The notes under the pieces were generated by a model, which had not been told where the DNA came from, did not search any database, and was given only the letters and a program-made list of their open reading frames with translations. The position numbers were made by a program, and so were the translations under genes. Positions 27,580 through 38,111 of a stretch of 64,000 nt of DNA are shown one piece after another (within the stretch, counting starts at the first letter, position 1; every line of letters starts with the position of its first letter). The stretch lies in assembly GCA_965250085.1 (NCBI GenBank), contig OZ252287.1, positions 544,001 to 608,000 of the forward strand, given 5' to 3'. Source of the stretch: Candidatus Altimarinota bacterium (GTDB taxonomy: Bacteria > Patescibacteriota > Gracilibacteria > CAIRYL01).

Positions 27580-28725
27580 ATGACTCACATCCCATTTTTA
27601 TTCGAAATTTTTGGCTATAGCATTGCTGCATTTTGTATTGCATTGGCAGGCACTCGATCATTTGTTGGGCTGCTCAGAAAATATAAACTTGGGAAAAATA
27701 TCCGCGAAGAAAGTGTGGATGGGAAAGCTGCAACTCTCTACAGAGCACTTCACATGAAAAAGACAGGTACTCCCACTATGGGAGGTATTCTTATTTGGGG
27801 CACAGTGCTTGTTGTAATCCTTCTTTCTCGGTATTTATCCTTTACCGGAATCATAGAACATTCTCTCTTGCAACGAGGTGAGGTCTATCTTCCTCTTTTT
27901 ACCTTAATCGCGATGGGGATATTAGGGGCCATTGATGATTACTTAAATGTAAAAGGAGTAGGCGCCAAAAAAGGGCTCGAACTCCTTCCAAAAATAACAT
28001 TTCTTCTTATGTTTGCCACTGTTGGAGCATTTTGGTTCGCATTCAAATTGGGATATTCATCTATTCATATTCCTGCTCTGGGAGATTTTTATATCGGACT
28101 TTGGTATATCCCCTTATTTATTTTTATTATTGTTGCCACAGCAAATGCAGTGAATTTTACCGACGGATTAGATGGGCTTGCAGGAGGACTTCTCATCATT
28201 GCTTATGCCGTATTTGTGGCTATTGCATATGCTCAAGGGCTTTCTTTCCTTGCTGGATTTTGCGCGGTAGTTATCGGAGCTCTTTTGGCGTTTCTTTGGC
28301 ATAATGTTCCTCCAGCAAAATTTTTTATGGGAGACACTGGTTCACTCGCGCTCGGCGCAACTCTAGGGGTCATTGCTATGATGATTGATGCGGTTGTGAT
28401 TCTTCCCTTGGTAGGATTTATTTTTGTCATAGAAGCTCTTTCCATTATCATTCAGCTCACTTCCAAAAAACTGAGGAATGGAAAAAAAGTGTTCCTTATT
28501 GCTCCCTTACATCATCACTTTGAACAGAAGGGATGGACAGAATCGCAAGTAGTAATGCGATTTTGGATTATTGGAGCCATATTTTCTGTGATAGGCCTTA
28601 TTATTGGCTTGATTGGGATGGGAGAAGTTATTTCTGAAAAAATAGAATTCGGCGAGAGTATTGAAGTTTCTGAAAGTATTGGAGAGGTCTTGGTCTCCTT
28701 CCTTAAAGGGGCAAAAGGAGCTTAA
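27580..28725 (+). CDS. mraY: Phospho-N-acetylmuramoyl-pentapeptide transferase
   Basis: KTGTPTMGG, NAVNFTDGLDGLA, FMGDTGS, APLHHHFE. Confidence 0.97.
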   Translation: MTHIPFLFEIFGYSIAAFCIALAGTRSFVGLLRKYKLGKNIREESVDGKAATLYRALHMKKTGTPTMGGILIWGTVLVVILLSRYLSFTGIIEHSLLQRGEVYLPLFTLIAMGILGAIDDYLNVKGVGAKKGLELLPKITFLLMFATVGAFWFAFKLGYSSIHIPALGDFYIGLWYIPLFIFIIVATANAVNFTDGLDGLAGGLLIIAYAVFVAIAYAQGLSFLAGFCAVVIGALLAFLWHNVPPAKFFMGDTGSLALGATLGVIAMMIDAVVILPLVGFIFVIEALSIIIQLTSKKLRNGKKVFLIAPLHHHFEQKGWTESQVVMRFWIIGAIFSVIGLIIGLIGMGEVISEKIEFGESIEVSESIGEVLVSFLKGAKGA

Positions 28726-28769
28726 AGATTTTTGTCCTGTATGTAATTTTTCTTAGAAAAAATTCAAGA

Positions 28770-29210
28770 ATGAAAATTATTGCAAAAAATAAGCGTGCTC
28801 GATTTGATTACGAACTTTTGAAAAAATATGAAGTAGGTCTCGAGTTGCGAGGTGCTGAAATCAAAAGTATCCGCGAAGGGAATGTGCATTTGAAAGGAAG
28901 TTTCCTCACCGTTCGCGGTGGAGAAGCATTTTGGAAAAGCGGATTTATCAAACGATGGAGAACGTCTTCAGAAAACATAGATGAAAACAGGGAACGGAAA
29001 CTCTTGCTCCACAAAAAAGAAATTGCATCCCTTGAAAAAGGACTCAATGAAAAAGGGAATACTGTCGTCCCGTTAGAACTGGGTCTTGTGCGCGGAAAAG
29101 CAAAGATGCGTATTGCTCTTGCAAAGGGAAAGAGAAAATACGACAAGAGAGAGTCTATTAAAAAACGAGAGGTCGATCGAAAACTCAGAACTCAGGAGAA
29201 GTATGGGTGA
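28770..29210 (+). CDS. smpB: SsrA-binding protein
   Basis: NKRARFDY, RKLLLHKKEI, KGKRKYDKRE. Confidence 0.97.
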   Translation: MKIIAKNKRARFDYELLKKYEVGLELRGAEIKSIREGNVHLKGSFLTVRGGEAFWKSGFIKRWRTSSENIDENRERKLLLHKKEIASLEKGLNEKGNTVVPLELGLVRGKAKMRIALAKGKRKYDKRESIKKREVDRKLRTQEKYG

Positions 29211-29311
29211 GAGCCAGGAGCGGAGAGCTTGGCGCTAGGAGCAAAGCCACGGAAGAGTGAATCTTTCTTTTGGATTTTTGGAATTTTTCGTATTCTAGAT
29301 ATATTTCTCAC

Positions 29312-29446
29312 GCGGGAACCGGCGTCTTTGCCGGTTTCTATATTTTTGAGAAACTGTACTTTTGACGATTCAATCTATTTTCATTGTTTCTGAAACAGCA
29401 GGAACTGACTGTCCTCCGAAGGCGGATAAACAAAGTCAGTTCCCGC
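29312..29446. repeat. Cluster of REP-like palindromes
   Basis: GCGGGAAC...GTTCCCGC ends, hairpins GAACCGGC/GCCGGTTT and GGAACTGACT/AGTCAGTTCC. Confidence 0.55.
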
Positions 29447-29463
29447 AAAAGTGCTTCTAAAAT

Positions 29464-29694
29464 TTAGGAAAGATTCTTTCTCATTTTATAAATTCTAAAT
29501 CCAATTATTATCAGAGATAAAATAAAAATACCAATTAGCAATACCATAAAATATATGTCGTAAATGCCGAAACACGGATCACATGGAAGGTATTTGTTAA
29601 TAATTTCACTAATAGAAAAAGGGGAGCTCATTTCAATACAAAAAATAATTGTTGATAACACTGCTGTTACAATTGGAATTCTTATTCTGCTCAT
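29464..29694 (-). CDS. Small two-TM membrane protein
   Basis: 76 aa with two hydrophobic stretches. Confidence 0.5.
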   Translation of the reverse strand: MSRIRIPIVTAVLSTIIFCIEMSSPFSISEIINKYLPCDPCFGIYDIYFMVLLIGIFILSLIIIGFRIYKMRKNLS

Positions 29695-29764
29695 GGTTGA
29701 AATATTGGTTAAATTTCACACAACCTTCTTCTTATCCCTCCTCAAAAAGGAGGGGAGAAAGTAA

Positions 29765-30121
29765 TTATTCTTTTCTCAAAGTCGCACACGAGGTAGGAGT
29801 TTCCCAGATCTTCACCTCATAGAGCTTGTCTCCAATTTCTTTGTGCTGAGAAAATCTCTCCCACACATACTGACACATATTTTCTGCTGACGGATTTTCT
29901 ACCGTATCATTTATGAGTTGATGATCCCAGAGATCAAAGACCTCTTCTTTCATGATGCGTTTAAGCTTTGCAAAATCAAATGCCATGCCTTCCGTAAGCT
30001 CTTTATTTTTAACGGTAACGCAAATTCTATAGGTGTGACCATGCAGGTTCTCACATTTCCCCTTATACAGCGGTAAATAGTGAGCTGCATCAAAAGTAAA
30101 TTCTTTGCTGATATAAAACAT
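29765..30121 (-). CDS. queD: 6-carboxy-5,6,7,8-tetrahydropterin synthase
   Basis: FDAAH, C..LHGHTY, NPSAEN, WETP. Confidence 0.93.
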   Translation of the reverse strand: MFYISKEFTFDAAHYLPLYKGKCENLHGHTYRICVTVKNKELTEGMAFDFAKLKRIMKEEVFDLWDHQLINDTVENPSAENMCQYVWERFSQHKEIGDKLYEVKIWETPTSCATLRKE

Positions 30122-30145
30122 GAACCAGATGAAAGAAAACTTCGC

Positions 30146-30721
30146 TTACTCCGTACTTTCTTTTGCTAAAAGTTGGTCGATCTGCTTCACCAAAACCTCA
30201 TATTTCCTGTCTTCTACCTTTTCACCATTGAGAAAAAATGTTGGAGTTGCATTTACTCGGCGTTTTCTTCCTATTGCCATATCTTTTCTCACAAGAGCTG
30301 ACTTCTCTCCAGAGGTGAGACATGCCTGAAATACATCTGTATCCAGACCAAGATTTTGTGCGATTCCTACAAATGTTTCATCATTCAGTGATGACTGATT
30401 TGCGTACGCTGCTTCCACAAAAGCCCAGAATTTTATTTCGTTTGTATTGTCTTGGTCACGCACGCACTCCGCAGCTTCAGCAGCATGAAATGCATTTTCG
30501 TGAATTTGCTCGAGAGGAAAATGTACAAAGCGAATAATCAAGTCATCTCCAAAATTATCCTGTAATTCCTTTACTAAGGGGTGGGCCCCTTTACATGCTG
30601 GGCACTGCAGATCAGAAAATTCTTCGAGGAGTACTTTTCCCTCTGGGATATCAACCGAAATAGTCTGACCACATGCAGAAAACACAAAAAGACTTATTAA
30701 TCCAAAAAGAAATTTTTTCAT
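30146..30721 (-). CDS. DsbA-family thiol-disulfide oxidoreductase lipoprotein
   Basis: Lipobox FSAC, CPAC, HFPL, TPTFF. Confidence 0.9.
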   Translation of the reverse strand: MKKFLFGLISLFVFSACGQTISVDIPEGKVLLEEFSDLQCPACKGAHPLVKELQDNFGDDLIIRFVHFPLEQIHENAFHAAEAAECVRDQDNTNEIKFWAFVEAAYANQSSLNDETFVGIAQNLGLDTDVFQACLTSGEKSALVRKDMAIGRKRRVNATPTFFLNGEKVEDRKYEVLVKQIDQLLAKESTE

Positions 30722-30805
30722 AAGAAAAACAAAAAATAGTGGGGGCATTGTGCCGGAAAAGCAACAAAAAGTAAAAAGCAAAAACTGAAAACTATAAATA
30801 TTTAA

Positions 30806-31515
30806 GGCTCTTGAGTAGAATAATTACTTCAATTATTCTCTTAACATGCTTAAACACAGTAAAATATCGAATTATAAGATCAAAAAAATATTGAAGTGTT
30901 TTTGTGAAGATCTCAATGCATCAAAAACAGCAAATATTCTAGATCTCAATCGGAGAACGGTTGATCGATATTTTAATATTTTTAGAGAAAAGATTGCAAA
31001 GTTCTCTTTAGCACAGTCAAAGAGTTTTGGAGAATTTGAACTTGATGAAAGTTACTTTGGAGCAAAGAGAGTGAGAGGAAAGAGAGGAAGAGGAGCCGCA
31101 GGAAAGACTCCTGTCTTTGGAATCCTTCAAAGAGAAGGAAGGGTATTTGTTTCTATTGTAAAAGATTGCTCCAGAAAAGAGCTCCTACCTATTATTCAAG
31201 GAAAAATACTAGAAGGATCAACTATTCATACTGATGGATGGAGAGCTTATGATGGACTCATTCTCAATGGATATGATCACTATCGTATTCATCACTCAGA
31301 AAATGAATTTGCACGAGGAAAATGTCATGTAAATGGTATTGAATCCTTTTGGTCTTTTGCGAAAAGAAGACTCTCTAAGTTTAACGGAATTGCTTCTCAC
31401 AAGTTTAACTTTCACCTCAAAGAATGTGAGTGGCGATGGAACTATAAAGATCAAGATATTTTTGTTATAATGTCCAAAATTATCAGAGATTTTTAAAATC
31501 TCCTACTCTAGAGCC
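30806..31515 (+). mobile_element. IS1595-family (IS1016-like) element, 710 bp
   Basis: IRs GGCTCT(T/A)GAGTAG and 8-bp target duplication ATATTTAA at 30798-30805 and 31516-31523. Confidence 0.93.
30846..31496 (+). CDS. IS1595-family transposase
   Basis: ELDESYFG, GKRGRGAAGK, TDGWRAYD, NGIESFWS. Confidence 0.95.
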   Translation: MLKHSKISNYKIKKILKCFCEDLNASKTANILDLNRRTVDRYFNIFREKIAKFSLAQSKSFGEFELDESYFGAKRVRGKRGRGAAGKTPVFGILQREGRVFVSIVKDCSRKELLPIIQGKILEGSTIHTDGWRAYDGLILNGYDHYRIHHSENEFARGKCHVNGIESFWSFAKRRLSKFNGIASHKFNFHLKECEWRWNYKDQDIFVIMSKIIRDF

Positions 31516-31623
31516 ATATTTAATATCTGTACGCACCAAAGCTTCTTTGGTATGCTGTGGCTCCAGGAAGTGACAAAGACAACAGCTTTTTACTTTCAAA
31601 CTTTCAACTTTTGACCAAAAGTT

Positions 31624-33171
31624 ATGTCCTGGTACCGCACTTATCGTCCACAAACATTTTCCGATCTTGTTGGTCAGGATCATGTTCGAAAAATATTGCT
31701 GACTTCACTCCAAAAGGATAATGTCGTGCATGCATATCTCTTTTCAGGTCCACGTGGTACAGGAAAAACATCTACTGCCCGAATCTTTGCCAAAGCCTTA
31801 AATTGCGAAAAGCCTACAAGCCAAGGAGAACCGTGTAATAATTGTGCCAACTGTCAGGAAATTGACGAGCAGCGCTTTGTTGATGTCATTGAGATAGATG
31901 CCGCTTCTAATACTGGAGTAGATCATATCCGTGACCTCAGGGATAAAATTGGGTTTTCCCCTACTTCTGGAAAAGCAAAAATCTATATTATTGATGAGGT
32001 CCATATGCTTTCTATGGGGGCGTTTAACGCTCTTCTGAAGACTTTAGAAGAACCCCCTGACTTTGTATATTTCATCTTAGCTACTACAGAACTTCACAAG
32101 GTTCCAGAAACTATTCAGAGTAGGTGCCAAAAATTTTCTTTCAGACGGCTCACACAGAGCGACATTGTGCAAAGACTTTTGTTTATCGCAGAAAAAGAAA
32201 ATATAACGGCAGAAAAAGAAGCCTTAGAGATTATTGCTTCCCAAGCAGGAGGCGGACTCAGAGATGCAATATCTTTGTTTGAACAACACTCAGTGAGTGG
32301 AAAAATTACTGCAGATACCCTGAGAAATCAGATGGGGCTGGTTTCAGCAACAATTGTAGAAGAGTTTTTGGAAAAAATAGAATCCTCCGATGCTTCTGGA
32401 GCACTAGAAAAACTTGATAACATAGTACGAGAAGGATTTTCTCTTTCTGAGTTTGTACGAAGTTTTTTGCTTCTTCTCAGGGAAAAAATATTGGAAGCAT
32501 CTAAAAAGGATGAAGGAATTGCATCTTTTATAGAGCTTGCAGAGGTTTTTGATGAAGCTCAGCGAAAAATAAAATTCGCAGTCATCCCTCAATTACCTCT
32601 TGAAATAGCTATCGTAAAAGCGACTATTTTGAGTAATAAAAAACCTGAAGATGATGGGAAAATTTTTGGTATTTTTGGGGGAGAGAAAAAAGAAAATGTT
32701 CAAAAACAAAAAGATATACAAAAGAAAAAGGAAGAACAGGATTTGTCACAGGAAGATAAGACTCTTCCAGCAGAGAAAGATGAAAAAAAAGCTGATTTTA
32801 TTGCTCCAGAACTAAATCTTAAAGGGATTAAATCTGCATGGCCACAGATTATTGAAAAAACTTCCGGTTCACTCCTGAGAATGTCCTTAAAAAACGCTAA
32901 TATTACTGATTTTACAGAAAAAACCCTGACTCTTTCATTCCCAGCAGAAACATGGAAAGAGCAAGTAGAGAAGATCGAACATACGAGAGAGCTCCTGAAT
33001 GCGTTTCAAGAAGTTTTTTCTCAAGAAATACGAATCTCCTGCATACTTTCTGAAGTACAACTCGAACCGACCATCATGGAAGAACCTGAAGAAGATGACA
33101 AAAAAGAAGACCTGAGTCCATTGGAAGCGCTCCAAGAAATTATGGGAGTAACCGCAGAAAAGAAAGAATAA
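31624..33171 (+). CDS. dnaX: DNA polymerase III subunit gamma/tau
   Basis: YRPQTF, GPRGTGKT, EIDAAS, DEVHML, SRC. Confidence 0.97.
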   Translation: MSWYRTYRPQTFSDLVGQDHVRKILLTSLQKDNVVHAYLFSGPRGTGKTSTARIFAKALNCEKPTSQGEPCNNCANCQEIDEQRFVDVIEIDAASNTGVDHIRDLRDKIGFSPTSGKAKIYIIDEVHMLSMGAFNALLKTLEEPPDFVYFILATTELHKVPETIQSRCQKFSFRRLTQSDIVQRLLFIAEKENITAEKEALEIIASQAGGGLRDAISLFEQHSVSGKITADTLRNQMGLVSATIVEEFLEKIESSDASGALEKLDNIVREGFSLSEFVRSFLLLLREKILEASKKDEGIASFIELAEVFDEAQRKIKFAVIPQLPLEIAIVKATILSNKKPEDDGKIFGIFGGEKKENVQKQKDIQKKKEEQDLSQEDKTLPAEKDEKKADFIAPELNLKGIKSAWPQIIEKTSGSLLRMSLKNANITDFTEKTLTLSFPAETWKEQVEKIEHTRELLNAFQEVFSQEIRISCILSEVQLEPTIMEEPEEDDKKEDLSPLEALQEIMGVTAEKKE

Positions 33172-33182
33172 TCAGATCACTC

Positions 33183-34142
33183 TTAATATTGACCTGAATC
33201 TGGAAGGGTTGGCTCTCGAGAACCAACTTTTTTTCGTAGTTCAAGAGCGATATCTTCTGGAAGAACTCGATACACTTCTACTGAACTCCCGACATCAAAT
33301 TCGTTCCAAATAATCTGCATAGCTTCTGAAGGAGTATTTACACACCCATGTGATCCTCCCCATTTTCGCCAATCTACATTCCACATATAAGATTCGGTCC
33401 TCCAAGTTGCATCGTGAATAGCATAGTCTCCCGAATAGTAAAACGCCTTCGTAACATACCACTGTTGCTGCATATGATGAGGACCTCTTCTGTTGTATAC
33501 CTGAAAAGTTCCTGCCGGCGTTGGAGTAGTGTTTTTACCAGTTATAATTCGGGAGTATACTTCTAATCGACAATCCTTTACCCCATAAAGGAGTTGATTC
33601 TGTAAATCAACGATAATTTTATTTTCAGATATAACTTGTTTGGAGCAATTTTGATTTTGCTTCCAAAGCTCGAAGGAACAAAGTCTTTTGTTGTCATCGT
33701 TGGCAATAGTAGTGCAAATTTCTGAGGTAAGCGCCCCTGTTTTTGCACGCAAAAGAATTTCTTCTTTCTCATGAAAATACATATTTTGTCTTTTTAAGAC
33801 TTTATTACACAAATTTTTATCAGAGGTATTGGCAAGTTTCCGGCAAAACAGAAGTTTGAGATTGAGATTTTCTCCTTGTTGAAATATCTGTTTTTGAAGA
33901 AGAGATATGTTTCCCTGTCTCTTCAGAAGAGCAACGCAAGATCCCTTATTGTTAAATCTTTTCAGCTCTCCACAAAAATCTTCTTGAGTACCTTGTGAAA
34001 AAGAAGTTGTCTCTTCTGACGATACAATTCCATGCTTATACTGGTATCGATAGAGGCCCCTATTGGCAGATACACTTTGTGCTTGCCAGAGGGAAACACA
34101 AAATACCAAAACGCCGAGAGTGACAACAATATTTCTCTTCAT
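33183..34142 (-). CDS. Secreted L,D-transpeptidase (YkuD domain)
   Basis: Signal peptide, 'TPTPAGTF', 'AIHDA', 'SHGCVN'. Confidence 0.9.
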   Translation of the reverse strand: MKRNIVVTLGVLVFCVSLWQAQSVSANRGLYRYQYKHGIVSSEETTSFSQGTQEDFCGELKRFNNKGSCVALLKRQGNISLLQKQIFQQGENLNLKLLFCRKLANTSDKNLCNKVLKRQNMYFHEKEEILLRAKTGALTSEICTTIANDDNKRLCSFELWKQNQNCSKQVISENKIIVDLQNQLLYGVKDCRLEVYSRIITGKNTTPTPAGTFQVYNRRGPHHMQQQWYVTKAFYYSGDYAIHDATWRTESYMWNVDWRKWGGSHGCVNTPSEAMQIIWNEFDVGSSVEVYRVLPEDIALELRKKVGSREPTLPDSGQY

Positions 34143-34207
34143 AGAGAACAGAGCAAGAAAATCTTATGTATTATAATAACATAAGTATATACTTTTGTAA
34201 ATCCCTC

Positions 34208-34612
34208 TTATTTTTTCCTCCCTTTTTTCTCTTTTTGACCTTCTTCATTTTTTTCAGAAGAATCTTCCTCTGATATTTCTGACCCATCATCAGAATTCTC
34301 CTCTTCTTTTTGTTCGTCGTTTATTTTTTCTTGTTTGGATTCTTCATCTTTTTGGTCTTTTTCTTTTTTCGTCGCACTTTTTGGAGTCGTCGAAGGTGTT
34401 GATTCTGACCCATCTTGATCTTTAAATTTTGCCATAAATTTTTCTACACGTCCTTCGGTGTCTACCAACTTTTTCTTACCAGTATAATGCGGATGACACT
34501 TCATACAAATTTCTGTATGAAGCTTTTTTAGCGTTCCATTGATCGTGTATTTTGCACCACATGAACATGTGACCTGCGTCTGATGCTGAGTGGGATGAAT
34601 TCCTGTTTTCAT
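34208..34612 (-). CDS. rpmE: 50S ribosomal protein bL31 with long charged C-terminal extension
   Basis: MKTGIHP, CSCG, C..CHPHYTG, GRVEKF. Confidence 0.93.
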   Translation of the reverse strand: MKTGIHPTQHQTQVTCSCGAKYTINGTLKKLHTEICMKCHPHYTGKKKLVDTEGRVEKFMAKFKDQDGSESTPSTTPKSATKKEKDQKDEESKQEKINDEQKEEENSDDGSEISEEDSSEKNEEGQKEKKGRKK

Positions 34613-34709
34613 GGAAGAACAAAGCTCAAATTACGGGAGCAAAGTGTAGGCAAAACGATTGAGCAATGCAAGACTTCTTTTGAGTCGCCCTCTCTATGGT
34701 TTCTATAAA

Positions 34710-36101
34710 TTAGGTTTTTTTCGTCATCGTCTCGACTTTTATCCACTCGTGAAATTGTTTCTCTGTTACAAAACCACTTTTTATTGCCTCTTCCTGCAAA
34801 GTAGTTCCCTTTTTATGAGCCATATGAGCAATTTTTGCAGCTCTTTCGTAGCTAATGTGAGGCGCAAGTGCTGTCACAAGCATCAAAGAATTTTTCACAT
34901 GCTTTTGAATTACCTCTGTGTTTGCCTTCAATCCTCTTACACAATTTTTTTCAAAAGAATGTATCACATCTGTAAGAAGCTGAGCAGATTCTAGAAGTGT
35001 ATAGGCCATCAATGGCTTATAAGTGTTGAGTTCTAAATGTCCATTCGACCCGGCAATACTCATAGTGACATCATTTCCCATTACGCGTGTACATACCATT
35101 GTCAAAGCTTCACATTGAGTAGGATTTACTTTTCCTGGCATGATGGATGATCCTGGTTCATTCGCAGGAAGGATCAGCTCTCCTATTCCTGTTCGTGGTC
35201 CGGAAGCAAGGAGTCTGATGTCATTTGATATTTTGTTGAGTGCTACTGCTGCTTGTTTGAGGGCTGAGTGCGCTTTGACCAATGCATCATGAGATGCAAT
35301 AAGAGCAAATCTATTTTTTGCAGGTTTGAAGGGCATTTTGGTCATCCGGGCAATACATCGTATTGCCTTTGGGCCAAACTCTTTTGGAGCATTTATCCCC
35401 GTGCCCACGGCGGTTCCTCCAAGTGGAAGTTTTGCAAGGTTTGGAAGAGCTTCTTGGACTGTATTGAGAGCATCTTCCAGTTGGGCTGAATACCCGGAAA
35501 ATTCTTGACCAAGAGTCAAGGGGACGGCATCCATCAGGTGTGTGCGTCCTATTTTTACTACTTTCTGGAACTGTTTTGATTTTTTTTCACAGGTCTTCAG
35601 AAGACCTGTAAGAGCAGGTATGAATTGGTTCTTGAGTGCTGTATAAGAAGCAATATGCATTGCCGTTGGAAACGTATCATTGGAGGATTGTGAGGCATTT
35701 ACATCATCATTTGGATGCAGAATCTTTTCCTTATCAGAAAGTTTTCCGCCACTGAGTATGTGTGCTCTACTGGCAATTACTTCATTCATGTTCATATTTG
35801 TCTGTGTACCAGAGCCTGTTTGCCAAATAACCAAAGGAAACTCATTGTCCAATTTTCCCTCCCGTATTTCATTGCACACTCGAATGATCAGACGTGCTTT
35901 TGATTTAGGAATAATCCTGAGCTCTGCATTTGTCTCTGCAGCAGCAGATTTGATCACCGCATATGCCAAGATAATTGATTTTGGCATCAATTGATCTCCA
36001 ATTTGAAAGTTATGGAGTGAACGCTGAGTCTGAGCTCCCCAATAATGCTGAGAAGGAACGTGCACTTCTCCCAAACTGTCATGTTCTGTGCGGTATTTCA
36101 T
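34710..36101 (-). CDS. fumC: Class II fumarate hydratase
   Basis: GSSIMPGKVNPTQCE, QTGSGTQTNMN. Confidence 0.97.
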   Translation of the reverse strand: MKYRTEHDSLGEVHVPSQHYWGAQTQRSLHNFQIGDQLMPKSIILAYAVIKSAAAETNAELRIIPKSKARLIIRVCNEIREGKLDNEFPLVIWQTGSGTQTNMNMNEVIASRAHILSGGKLSDKEKILHPNDDVNASQSSNDTFPTAMHIASYTALKNQFIPALTGLLKTCEKKSKQFQKVVKIGRTHLMDAVPLTLGQEFSGYSAQLEDALNTVQEALPNLAKLPLGGTAVGTGINAPKEFGPKAIRCIARMTKMPFKPAKNRFALIASHDALVKAHSALKQAAVALNKISNDIRLLASGPRTGIGELILPANEPGSSIMPGKVNPTQCEALTMVCTRVMGNDVTMSIAGSNGHLELNTYKPLMAYTLLESAQLLTDVIHSFEKNCVRGLKANTEVIQKHVKNSLMLVTALAPHISYERAAKIAHMAHKKGTTLQEEAIKSGFVTEKQFHEWIKVETMTKKT

Positions 36102-36256
36102 GCGAAGCTATTTTTGAGGATTTTGGAACAAAGAGCAAGGATAAGCAGTTTTTGAAGTGAAATATGCCACCAAGATGTCAATAAAAAACTGCGTTGAAAT
36201 TTGCGATTTCAATGTAAAGAGAATAGTATTTTGTCTGTTGTTTCTTTTAAGGATTT

Positions 36257-37393
36257 ATGTCAAAAATCAAAAGACTCTACGACGCTATCTCTACAGATGA
36301 GGTAGTGGATTCATACCTTTCGGCGGCGCAGAAAATCGCAGAAGATCGCGGCAGCATGGCTGCACTTGAAGAGAGTACATATGCGTTTTGTCGGGTAATA
36401 GGTGAAATCCTTGCCACTGAGGAAAATAAAGAACCAGATTCAGTTCTCTTGGCAGTACTTGATAATGAAGAACTTTCCTCAGAAGAAGATCAGATCTCAT
36501 TTTATCGAGAACAAATATCAAAGAAAATTAAAGGAGGCATCGAGCATTTAGTCCTTGGATTGTTGCCATTGCATGAAACAAGAGCGGATCTTCGGCGGAG
36601 GAAAGCTACACTTCGAGAATTGCAGCTTTTGGTTCCAAGAGAAGTGATACAAACTCTTCTTCCTTATCTTTCTGATGAAGCAAAAGAGAGAATTCAGGAA
36701 AGAATTGTTGGAATACGAAAAAAGATATATCTGCTCCGTTTGCCAGGTGCTGTGCTCACAGTTCATGACAATCTATTAGACGATCAACCACTGTTTATAC
36801 TGAGCAATAACGCCGCTAACCCACAAGACCGTGTAGAGCCGGAAGAAATCCCATCTTCAATCCTGGAGAGAGAAGCTATCGTCCCACATGAAACAACTTT
36901 ACTGCTCCCAAGGCATAAAGTGATAACAGCCATAAGTGAGACGGGAATGTTCATACAGAATCCAAGTGTTTCTCCTCAGGGAGAAACACAATCTTTGTCC
37001 GACAGTCTTGCTACTCTTGCTCCATATATACAAGATAGAGACAGAGAGATAGTAAAGAAGCATGCCTTATCTCATAAGAGACCTGATCGACGAAACCTTA
37101 TAGATGATATATGTGAAGCTGCCATTGAAAGAGTTGCGTCTGAATTTTGTGTAAATTTACCCGGACATTATGCTTCATATGACGATTTTATAGCCGACCC
37201 AAAAGGAGTTGAAGTCCTGAGAACAAAAAGCAACATATTTGAAGTTCTCAGAATGATGAGGGCAACAAGAAAAGAGATACAAGATGGAATAACAAGTGCT
37301 ATCTCTTTGAGCGGACTTCTCACTAATGAGAGCGTATCATTCAGGGATCAAGTAGCAGAAAGCGTTCTTGAACCCGAGCAAAAAGCTGCCTAA
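36257..37393 (+). CDS. Hypothetical protein
   Basis: 378-aa ORF with no motif recognised. Confidence 0.65.
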   Translation: MSKIKRLYDAISTDEVVDSYLSAAQKIAEDRGSMAALEESTYAFCRVIGEILATEENKEPDSVLLAVLDNEELSSEEDQISFYREQISKKIKGGIEHLVLGLLPLHETRADLRRRKATLRELQLLVPREVIQTLLPYLSDEAKERIQERIVGIRKKIYLLRLPGAVLTVHDNLLDDQPLFILSNNAANPQDRVEPEEIPSSILEREAIVPHETTLLLPRHKVITAISETGMFIQNPSVSPQGETQSLSDSLATLAPYIQDRDREIVKKHALSHKRPDRRNLIDDICEAAIERVASEFCVNLPGHYASYDDFIADPKGVEVLRTKSNIFEVLRMMRATRKEIQDGITSAISLSGLLTNESVSFRDQVAESVLEPEQKAA

Positions 37394-37569
37394 TGTTTAC
37401 AAAAACTGATTCTTTAAAAGGCACATGGAATTTTCCTCGGTCCACAATATTGTGTGTCATACTTTATAAATATCTGAAACAAAGCATTGCCTCTGGGAAT
37501 TTATCAAAAACCACAATTTGACATGATGGGAATTTGTCAATAAAGTGTGGCACTTCTTGCTTTTTTCTC

Positions 37570-38028
37570 ATGCATCGAAGAAAAACACCATCCTCGCAAT
37601 CTCCTCTCAGTACACGAAAACCTCTATTAAGGGCATGGACACGATCACGCGACCTTGTAGTGCAGCACACTTACACTGAATATGGTTCTATCGCATCACC
37701 TCGAGATCCAAGAAAAACTCAGTTTCTTTTTGCAGATAAAAAAGAAGACTCTGAACTCTCGAGGCTCAATGATATATATGGTATTCATCTCAAAGATGAA
37801 ATATTTGAAGTAAAAACACTTGGTAGTTCCTTGACATTAGGAGAGATTTCAGAAGTAGCCAAAAAAGCAGGTGATTCATATATTTATATTGGAGGTATTG
37901 CTTTTCCTCACAGAAACATATTGTATATCGAATATGATGATGAAAAAAAACATCATTGCGCTGCTCTTCCTATTGCTCCTGAGTCGATTGTGATTTCTTT
38001 GATAAGGCACCGGCTCCAGTCTCTGTGA
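37570..38028 (+). CDS. Hypothetical protein
   Basis: ORF from ATG 37570 with no motif recognised. Confidence 0.5.
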   Translation: MHRRKTPSSQSPLSTRKPLLRAWTRSRDLVVQHTYTEYGSIASPRDPRKTQFLFADKKEDSELSRLNDIYGIHLKDEIFEVKTLGSSLTLGEISEVAKKAGDSYIYIGGIAFPHRNILYIEYDDEKKHHCAALPIAPESIVISLIRHRLQSL

Positions 38029-38111
38029 GAGAAAAGTTAAAAACCATTTGCAAAACCCTAAAAAATGAGAGAAGATAGTCAAAAGTTCTCGATTTTTTTG
38101 AATTCCTGAAA

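Noticed and set aside
29211-29460. tmRNA downstream of smpB
   Set aside because: The gap is too short and has no tRNA-Ala-like ends or T-loop/CCA.
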